A stretch of 12,668 bases of DNA from Armatimonadota bacterium. Lineage in GTDB: Bacteria > Armatimonadota > Zipacnadia > Zipacnadales > UBA5352. The notes under the pieces are model-generated. The model was given only the letters and a program-made list of their open reading frames with translations. It ran no database searches and was not told where the DNA came from. The translations under genes were made by a program, and so were the position numbers. The stretch spans positions 1 through 12,668 of the forward strand of contig JAYENL010000071.1 in assembly GCA_034722055.1 (NCBI GenBank), written 5' to 3'. Every line of letters begins with the position of its first letter. The stretch's first letter is position 1. This document shows positions 1 through 5,769 of the stretch, piece by piece.

Positions 1-2
1 GG

Positions 3-671
3 CGCCTGTGGGCCGCGGGGATCACGCCGGCGAGTCCCGGGCTTGTGGCTTTCGGCGTGCTGGCCGCCGCGTGGATTGGGCTGACCGTAATGGGACCATG
101 GCTGGCGAGGTGGGCCCAGGCGGTGGTGCGCGACGGCCTGGTAGCCGCCGCTGAGCCGGACGGCGCGATGATGGTTGCGCGAGGGCTGGCGCTTCGCGGC
201 CTGGCGATGGCGGCCGGCGTCGGCGTGGTGATGGCGGCGGTCGCACTGGCCCTGCAGGCCCTGCAGCTTCCGCCGCGTGGCGCCTCGTCGGCGACGCCCG
301 GCGGGGCGCCCACGGCACCGGGCGGTCCTCAGGGCGGGCTGTCGGACGCGGCGGGCCGCTGGAGCCGGGGCGCGCTGATGGTGGCGCTGGCGGCGGTGAG
401 CGTGATGGTGGCGGTGCGCGCTGCGCTCATCGGCGCGGAGCGCATAGCGGCCGAGGGCCTGGACGGAGCGTGGGGGCTGGCGCGAGCCATCGGCTGGCCG
501 ATGCTGGGGCTGCTGGGTGCGGCCGCGGCCTTCGATCTGGTGGCCCGGCGCGCGAGCTGGTTCCGCGCGGCGTGGATGTCCCGCTCGGAGATGCAGCAGG
601 AGCTGCGGGAGACGGAGGGCCACCCCTTGACGCGGCAGCGCCGACGCGCCCGGAGGCGGCGACATGCGTAG
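3..671 (+). CDS. flhB: FlhB/SctU-family export gate protein, 5'-partial, C-terminally truncated (membrane domain plus linker only)
   Basis: The frame is open from base 3. RLWAAGITPASPGL aligns with the FlhB N-terminal xARExGQVPRSxEL pattern, so the start lies upstream of the window. There are four hydrophobic segments. The tail FDLV...WMSRSEMQQELRETEGHPLTRQRRR matches the FlhB linker (D...MSKQEIKDEYKxxEGDPxIKxRxR). The TAG stop at 669-671 overlaps the flhA start. Confidence 0.8.
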   Translation, partial: RLWAAGITPASPGLVAFGVLAAAWIGLTVMGPWLARWAQAVVRDGLVAAAEPDGAMMVARGLALRGLAMAAGVGVVMAAVALALQALQLPPRGASSATPGGAPTAPGGPQGGLSDAAGRWSRGALMVALAAVSVMVAVRAALIGAERIAAEGLDGAWGLARAIGWPMLGLLGAAAAFDLVARRASWFRAAWMSRSEMQQELRETEGHPLTRQRRRARRRRHA

Positions 672-2715
672 CCCACTGACCCGCGAGGCGGTTCGCTGGG
701 TGGCCTCCGCCTGGCGCCGCGGCGGCCCCGGGCTGGCCGGGGTCGTGGTGGCCGTGGCCGCGGCGCTGGCGCTGCTGATCCCCCTCCCGCCGCTGGTGGT
801 GGACCTGCTGCTGGCCCTCAGCCTGGGGGCGGCGGCCGGCGTGCTGCTGGCGGCCGTCGCCGCCCCCGAGCCCGCCCGCCTGACCGCCATGCCACCCCTG
901 ATGGTGCTCATCAGCCTGGCACGGATCGTGCTGTGCATGTGTGTGAGCCGACTGATACTCACCGCGGGCGAGGCGGGGACCCTGGTTCCGGCGCTCGGCC
1001 GGGTCATGGGCGGGGGCGACGTCCTCGCGGGGCTGGGAATGCTGGTGGTGCTGGCCGTGGTGCAGGTGGTGATGGTCACTACCGGCGTGGGGCGCATGTC
1101 CGAGGTCGCCGCGCGCTTCGCGCTGGATGCCCTCCCCGGCAAGCAGATGGGGCTGGACACCGCCGTCAGCGGCGGGCACCTCTCGGCGGCGGAGGCGCGC
1201 GGGGAGGTCCGGCGCCTGGAGCAGGAGGCGAACTTCTACGGGGCCATGGACGGTGCGGGGAGGCTGCTGCGCGGCGAGGCGGTGGCGGCCATCGTCATCG
1301 TGGCGCTGACGGCGGCGGCCGGCGTCGCGCGCGCCATGGGGAGTGGGATGGAGGCCGGCCAGGCGTGGAGCACCTACGTCCTGCTGGCCACCGGCCAGGG
1401 GCTGGTGACCATCATCCCGGCCCTGGTAAGCGGGGCGGCGGCGGCGCTGCTGGTCTCTCGGTCCGCCTCCGCCTCCTCGCTGACGCGGGAGCTGGGCGCG
1501 CAGATGCTCATCAGCCCCTGGCCGCTGGTGGCTGCCGCGGCGGCTCTGCTGGCGCTGGGGCTGCTGCCGGGCGTGGCCAAGGCGCCGACCCTGCTGGGCG
1601 GAGCAGTCCTGGCCGTGGTGGCCTGGTGGCTGATGCGCGCCGGCGGTCCAGCTCCGGAGCGTTCCCCCAGCGAGGCCCCCGGGGCCGACGAGCAGGGCGA
1701 CGAGCACGCCGGACTGGTGCTGGAGCTGGGCCTGGGGCTGCTGGACCTCGTAGAGGAGCCGGACAGCCTCATGGAGCTGCTCCCCGACCTCCGGCGGGAG
1801 GTGGGCAGGCGGCTGGGGTTCGCGATTCCACCCATAACGGTACGGGATTCGCTTGACCTTCGGGCGACGGAGTACGCCATCGTCTTCAGGGCCGGCACGC
1901 TCTCGCGCGGCACCGTGCGGCCGGGGAGGGTCCTGGCAGTGCCTCCAGGCGCAGGCGCCACACCGGACGTGGGGCAGCCGGCGGAGCTTGCCGACGGCCG
2001 CACCGGCGTGTGGGTGGAGCCCGACGAGGCCGGCGAGCTGGCGGCGGGGCGCTACTCGCTGATGTCCCCGCGAGAGGTGCTGGCCGAGAACCTGAGCATC
2101 ATCCTGCGCCGCCGCGCCGCGCAGATCTTCGATCTCGAGAGCGCGGCGGCGATGCTGCGGCGCCTGCGCGGCGACCACGCGGCTCTGATTGACGAGGCGG
2201 AGGCGGCCGGGCTGAGCGTGGGGCTGTTCCGCCGCGTCTGTGCCCGCCTGCTGTGGGCGGGAGTTCCGCTGCACGATCTGATCTCCGTGGTCGAGGGCAT
2301 CACCGAGGCCCTGCCCCAGGAGCAGGACGCCGAGCGCCTGGCGCTGGCGGTTCGACCGCGGCTGGCCGGCATGCTCTCGGATCACCTGGCGGAGGACGGC
2401 CGAGTCCGGGCGCTATCGCTGTCTCCGACGCTGGAGGAGGAGCTGGCGGAGGCGGCGCTGCGCGAGGGGGACAGGACGGTGGCGGCGCTGCCGCCGGCCC
2501 GGGCCGCGGCCTGGGTGGACCTGCTCGACCAGGCGGGCAGGGAGCACGGCTGGGGGCGTCCGCTGGCGGTGCTCACGGAGCCGCGCAGCCTTCTGCCCCT
2601 GCAGTGGCTGTGTCGCCAGGCGCAGTCGGAGCTGGTGGCGCTTCAGGCCACGGATCTGTCGCCGAGAGTACAGGTAGAGCACGTGGCGAGGCTGGAGCCC
2701 GAGCAGCTCGGATGA
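664..2715 (+). CDS. flhA: FlhA/SctV (FHIPEP family) export gate protein, divergent
   Basis: 683 aa with an N-terminal multi-TM domain. FHIPEP motifs GRMSEVAARFALDALPGKQMGLD and EANFYGAMDGA are present. The cytoplasmic domain has LELGLGLLDLV, LGFAIPPITVRD and LLWAGVPLHDL. It directly follows the flhB-like gene. Confidence 0.93.
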   Translation: MRSPLTREAVRWVASAWRRGGPGLAGVVVAVAAALALLIPLPPLVVDLLLALSLGAAAGVLLAAVAAPEPARLTAMPPLMVLISLARIVLCMCVSRLILTAGEAGTLVPALGRVMGGGDVLAGLGMLVVLAVVQVVMVTTGVGRMSEVAARFALDALPGKQMGLDTAVSGGHLSAAEARGEVRRLEQEANFYGAMDGAGRLLRGEAVAAIVIVALTAAAGVARAMGSGMEAGQAWSTYVLLATGQGLVTIIPALVSGAAAALLVSRSASASSLTRELGAQMLISPWPLVAAAAALLALGLLPGVAKAPTLLGGAVLAVVAWWLMRAGGPAPERSPSEAPGADEQGDEHAGLVLELGLGLLDLVEEPDSLMELLPDLRREVGRRLGFAIPPITVRDSLDLRATEYAIVFRAGTLSRGTVRPGRVLAVPPGAGATPDVGQPAELADGRTGVWVEPDEAGELAAGRYSLMSPREVLAENLSIILRRRAAQIFDLESAAAMLRRLRGDHAALIDEAEAAGLSVGLFRRVCARLLWAGVPLHDLISVVEGITEALPQEQDAERLALAVRPRLAGMLSDHLAEDGRVRALSLSPTLEEELAEAALREGDRTVAALPPARAAAWVDLLDQAGREHGWGRPLAVLTEPRSLLPLQWLCRQAQSELVALQATDLSPRVQVEHVARLEPEQLG

Positions 2716-2766
2716 TCCAGGCGGCGGGAAGATGTGACACAGACGCGCGCCACCGAGGTGATTCGC

Positions 2767-3528
2767 TTGGCAGCAGAGCGGTGCCCTGACGAGACGCGGC
2801 CCGTGGTCACGGCCGATCAGCGCGAGCGCCTCATTACCGAGCACGTGGGGCTGGTGAAGTACATCGTGGGCCGGGTGGCGGTGCGGCTGCCTGAGAGCGT
2901 GGAGCGGGAGGACCTGGAGAGCGCCGGCATCATGGGACTGATCAAGGCCGCCGACCGCTTCGAGCCCGGGCGGGGGGTGAAGTTCGCCACCTACGCCAGC
3001 ACCGTCATCCGCGGGCAGGTCATGGAGCTGCTGCGGTCCCGGGACTGGGCGCCGCGCAGCGTCCGCCGGCGCTACCGGGAGCTGGAGCGGACCGTGGCCA
3101 CGCTGCAGCGGCAGCTCGGCCGCCAGCCGACTGAGGAGGAGATAGGCCGGGCCATGGGCCTCAGTGACAACGAGTACCAGGAGCTGCTCTCCTCCACCGC
3201 GGTCATTGCCGTGGCCTCGCTTGAGGAGATGATGGAGGGGGAGGACGGGGCCCAGGAGTGCGACGCCGAGCCGCTCGGGGAGCCGGCCGCCTTCGGCGAG
3301 GACCCCGCCGAGATCATCGATCAGCAGGCCCTGAAGGATCTGCTAGCGCGAGCCGTGGACAACCTGCCGGAGCGCGACCGCATCGTCATCGGCCTCTACT
3401 ATCAGGATGAGCTGACCCTCCGGGAGATCGGGGAGGTGCTGGACGTGACCGAGAGCCGGGTCTGCCAGATCCACACTCAGGCCATCGCCCGGCTGCGAGC
3501 CAGCGTCCAGGAGATGCTCAATTCCTGA
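2767..3528 (+). CDS. fliA: FliA/WhiG/SigD-family RNA polymerase sigma factor (sigma28)
   Basis: Motifs LVKYIVGR..RLP..VEREDL...GIMGLIKAADRF, LRSRDWAPRSVR and region 4 LYYQDELTLREIGEVLDVTESRVCQIH. TTG at 2767 is preferred because of the strong SD GAGGTGAT at 2755-2762; the in-frame GTG at 2734 is the alternative start. Confidence 0.95.
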   Translation: MAAERCPDETRPVVTADQRERLITEHVGLVKYIVGRVAVRLPESVEREDLESAGIMGLIKAADRFEPGRGVKFATYASTVIRGQVMELLRSRDWAPRSVRRRYRELERTVATLQRQLGRQPTEEEIGRAMGLSDNEYQELLSSTAVIAVASLEEMMEGEDGAQECDAEPLGEPAAFGEDPAEIIDQQALKDLLARAVDNLPERDRIVIGLYYQDELTLREIGEVLDVTESRVCQIHTQAIARLRASVQEMLNS

Positions 3529-3533
3529 ACGCC

Positions 3534-3595
3534 GGCGGCTTCAGAGCCGTCTACTAACGCTCAGCGTTAGGTAGTGCGGGCGCCCTCGCCTGCAC
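3534..3595. repeat. Three abutting hairpins; back-to-back GTAG-type REP-like palindromes, possibly also terminating fliA
   Basis: GGCGGCT-TCAG-AGCCGTC (3534-3551), CTAACGC-TCA-GCGTTAG (3554-3570) and GTGCGGGCG-CCCT-CGCCTGCAC (3574-3595). CTAC at 3551-3554 and GTAG at 3571-3574 abut the outer hairpins. Confidence 0.5.
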
Positions 3596-3604
3596 GCCGT
3601 TTGG

Positions 3605-3766
3605 GCCCCTCGGCAGACATGCGCCCTGGGCCGGGGTGGAATCTTCGGCCGGTTCGCTGCGCTCACCGGGCTCACCGGGCGCTGCGCCCCCGGCGGCCCC
3701 TCCACCAGGCTTACCCTTACCCACATCGTGGCGAGTGGCGATTCGATGTCTGCCGTCCGGAGGGGC
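3605..3766. repeat. Nested inverted-repeat element (REPIN/MITE-like)
   Basis: Perfect 10-bp IR CGGCAGACAT (3611-3620) / ATGTCTGCCG (3746-3755), extended by GCCCCT (3605-3610) / AGGGGC (3761-3766). Inside are the hairpin CCGGT-TCGCTGCGCTC-ACCGG (3649-3669) and tandem GCTCACCGG x2 (3661-3678). Confidence 0.45.
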
Positions 3767-3860
3767 TGGCCATTGGCCGCCCAGGCCGCCGATTGCGTCA
3801 CTTCGCCGGCAGCGGGCCGACTTCGCGCGCTCCTGAGGAGCGCCCTCAGGCGGCCCCTCC

Positions 3861-4018
3861 GCGGCCAACAGCTCTCAGCAACTTGTGGCTAAAGGCTATC
3901 CACCAGGTACGCCGCGCATCTCCAACGCCCCCAAGCGCTGAGTGGGCTCGTCATGAACATGCGCGGAATTGCGCAAGTCACCAATAGTGGGCTTACTGCT
4001 CATACTCGACTGGGCCGC
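3861..4018. ncRNA. Candidate ~158-nt rod-shaped structured RNA, family unassigned (6S-like architecture possible)
   Basis: Closing stem GCGGCC (3861-3866) / GGCCGC (4013-4018), inner perfect stem CCGCGCAT (3912-3919) / ATGCGCGG (3959-3966), and further nested helices. GC is about 59% by hand count, lower than the flanks. Confidence 0.25.
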
Positions 4019-4020
4019 AG

Positions 4021-4046
4021 GCGCCCCGCTCGAAGGCGGGGCGTTT
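4021..4046 (+). terminator. GC-rich hairpin, possible intrinsic terminator
   Basis: GCGCCCCGCT-CGAA-GGCGGGGCGT gives 10 bp including two G-U pairs on the + strand. The T run after it is short. It sits just upstream of the sigma70 promoter. Confidence 0.5.
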
Positions 4047-4074
4047 GCGCGTGCGAAAGCCCGTGTGCTATAAT
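4045..4074 (+). promoter_or_regulatory. sigma70/sigmaA promoter with extended -10, probably driving lptD-secA-prfB
   Basis: TTGCGC (4045-4050), 18-nt spacer, and perfect TATAAT (4069-4074) preceded by TGn (4066-4068). This is striking in such GC-rich DNA and lies about 80 nt before the next CDS. Confidence 0.8.
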
Positions 4075-4154
4075 TCTCAGAGAGCAGGGAACGCTCCAAG
4101 AGGTGCAATCCGGCCGAAAAGGCGAGAGCGCTGAGAGGTACGCGGGAGCTGCCG

Positions 4155-5765
4155 GTGGCGGGCCTGACGGGCAGCGAGATGGTGTCGCGATGGGTCGTGC
4201 GGGCGCCGGCGCTGGCGATCGTGCTGGTGCTGGCGGCCGGCCAACAGCTTCCCGCGGAGCTGGTCACCGTCACCTTCGGCGCCGAGCGCGTCAGCGTGTA
4301 CTATGACCGCAGGCTGGTGGCCCTTGAGGGCAATGCTCGGGTGCACGGGCAGGTGGCGGAGGACGCCTCGCGGTTCGTGCGCATGACGGCCGACTACATC
4401 GAGGGGGACTTAACCACCGGCCGGTTCGAGCTGGTGGGAAACGTCCGTATCCTGACGCCCGAGGCATCCCTTTCGGGCGAGTTCGCAGTCTATAACACCG
4501 AGACCGCCAGGTACATGCTGCGCCGCGGTGCGGTCATGATGCCCGTGACGGAGGCCGACGGCGAGCCGGTCTACGGCTATGCTTACGCTGGGGACCTGAA
4601 GCGCCGCGACAGCATCATCTACCTGACCGACGCGACGCTGACCACCTGCGACCGGGCCCACCCGCACTGGGCCGCGCGGGTCAAGCGGCTCCGCTACAAC
4701 CCCGAGACGGGGCACATGACGATCGAGGACGGCTCGCTGAGCCTCTACGGGCTGGATATCCCGCTGGTGCCCAGGCTGAGCTTCAATGTCCGGGGTGGGG
4801 CTGAGGAGACCGAGGGCATCTGGCCTGTCCCGGGCTACTCCAGTCGCGACGGCCTGCGGCTGGGGTGGACGCTGCCCTGTGGCGACCCTGTGGACTACCC
4901 GCGGGGGCGGCTGAAGGTCAAGCTGACCCAGCGCCGGGCCTTCCGCGCCATGCTCTTCGCCGAGGACGACCTCGGCGGCGGCACGGCCTGGCTGCGAGCC
5001 AGCCGCAGGGAGGACATAGGGGGCGACATCGATCGGTTCACGACCATCGACCGGATGCCGGAGCTGGGCCTGGAGGGAAGCTGGGACGGCTCCGATGACA
5101 CGTGGTTGGAGGCGATCCTGTCGGTGGGGCGCTTCCATGAGTTCGACCGCCAGAGGGGCCTCCCGGACATCGATGTGACACAGAGCCGGGCGCGGCTGCA
5201 GGCGAGGCTGGTCGGCGGGCGCCAGCAGCGGGCGGAGCGCCGGGGCGACTGGTGGTGGCTGGAGGGCGTCGGCTCACTGTATGGCAGCGGCGATCACTAC
5301 AGCTACCTGGGCGCCGGCGTGGGGGCCTCGGCCAGCCCGACGAGCTGGCTGACTGGCTCCGTGGAGGCCCGGCACTATCTCACCGGGGGGACGACGCCGT
5401 TCGAGTTCGACGACATCGACATCGAGACCGAGCTCAACGGCATCGCCGACGTGCGCTTGAGCTCGCTGTGGAGCGCGGTGTTGGAGGCCCGCTACGACCT
5501 TGAGCGCGGTCTCACGCGTGACTGGGAGGTGGAGCTGCGCCGACGCGCACACTGCCTGACATGGACCGCCGGCTACCGGGACGTGGGCAACAGCTTCAGC
5601 CTGGGGCTGGAGTTCAACGGCATCTTCGGGAACGACCGCCCTCCCCGGCAGCGCAGCCTTGAGGAGGGGCCACCGGCCTACTGGAAGCACCGCCCGACGC
5701 AGGACGAGACGCCGCCCTCCGGCGGCGAGGCGCGCGAAATGCCATCATCGAGTGGAGCGAGATAG
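4155..5765 (+). CDS. lptD: LptD/OstA-like outer-membrane LPS-assembly protein, compact form
   Basis: SD GGGAG (4144-4148) precedes GTG; the alternative start is ATG 4179. Signal-peptide-like N-terminus, OstA jellyroll motifs (LEGNARV, MTADYIEGD..TG..ELVGNVRI, LSGEFAVYN), the LptD signature LTTCDRAHPHW, and amphipathic beta-strands ending RYDL...HCLTW...FSLGLEF. Confidence 0.75.
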   Translation: MAGLTGSEMVSRWVVRAPALAIVLVLAAGQQLPAELVTVTFGAERVSVYYDRRLVALEGNARVHGQVAEDASRFVRMTADYIEGDLTTGRFELVGNVRILTPEASLSGEFAVYNTETARYMLRRGAVMMPVTEADGEPVYGYAYAGDLKRRDSIIYLTDATLTTCDRAHPHWAARVKRLRYNPETGHMTIEDGSLSLYGLDIPLVPRLSFNVRGGAEETEGIWPVPGYSSRDGLRLGWTLPCGDPVDYPRGRLKVKLTQRRAFRAMLFAEDDLGGGTAWLRASRREDIGGDIDRFTTIDRMPELGLEGSWDGSDDTWLEAILSVGRFHEFDRQRGLPDIDVTQSRARLQARLVGGRQQRAERRGDWWWLEGVGSLYGSGDHYSYLGAGVGASASPTSWLTGSVEARHYLTGGTTPFEFDDIDIETELNGIADVRLSSLWSAVLEARYDLERGLTRDWEVELRRRAHCLTWTAGYRDVGNSFSLGLEFNGIFGNDRPPRQRSLEEGPPAYWKHRPTQDETPPSGGEAREMPSSSGAR

Positions 5766-5769
5766 AGCT

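Noticed and set aside
3692..3780. tRNA/tmRNA-like ends (CCCCTCCACCA at 3697-3707, GGAGGGG at 3759-3765)
   Set aside because: The 3'-like end precedes the 5'-like end, and there is no correctly placed T-arm, cloverleaf or tag reading frame.
3769..3918. Possible sigma28 promoters (GCCGATTG at 3788; TAAAG at 3890 with GCCG at 3911)
   Set aside because: The first has no TAAA at the right spacing; the second has the wrong spacing and a poor -10 element.
3529..4154. CRISPR array or autonomous IS in the repeat-rich intergenic region
   Set aside because: There are no regularly spaced repeats with unique spacers and no transposase or cas ORF.
4075..4175. TPP-riboswitch-like words in the lptD leader (AGGTGC...GCTGAGA)
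   Set aside because: The downstream CCUGAU, UAAU and AGGGA core elements are absent and the gene context does not fit; only a modest CGCTC/GAGCG stem is visible.
3541..4346. Short ORFs in the fliA-lptD interval (3574..3987, 3636..3836, 3953..4306, 3896..4273 and others)
   Set aside because: They lack convincing RBSs and domain motifs, have low-complexity or atypical composition, and overlap palindromes or the promoter.
5659..5769. Longer SecA N-terminus given by the ORF track
   Set aside because: It overlaps the lptD 3' end by over 100 nt and encodes Arg-rich non-SecA sequence; GTG 5770 fits better.
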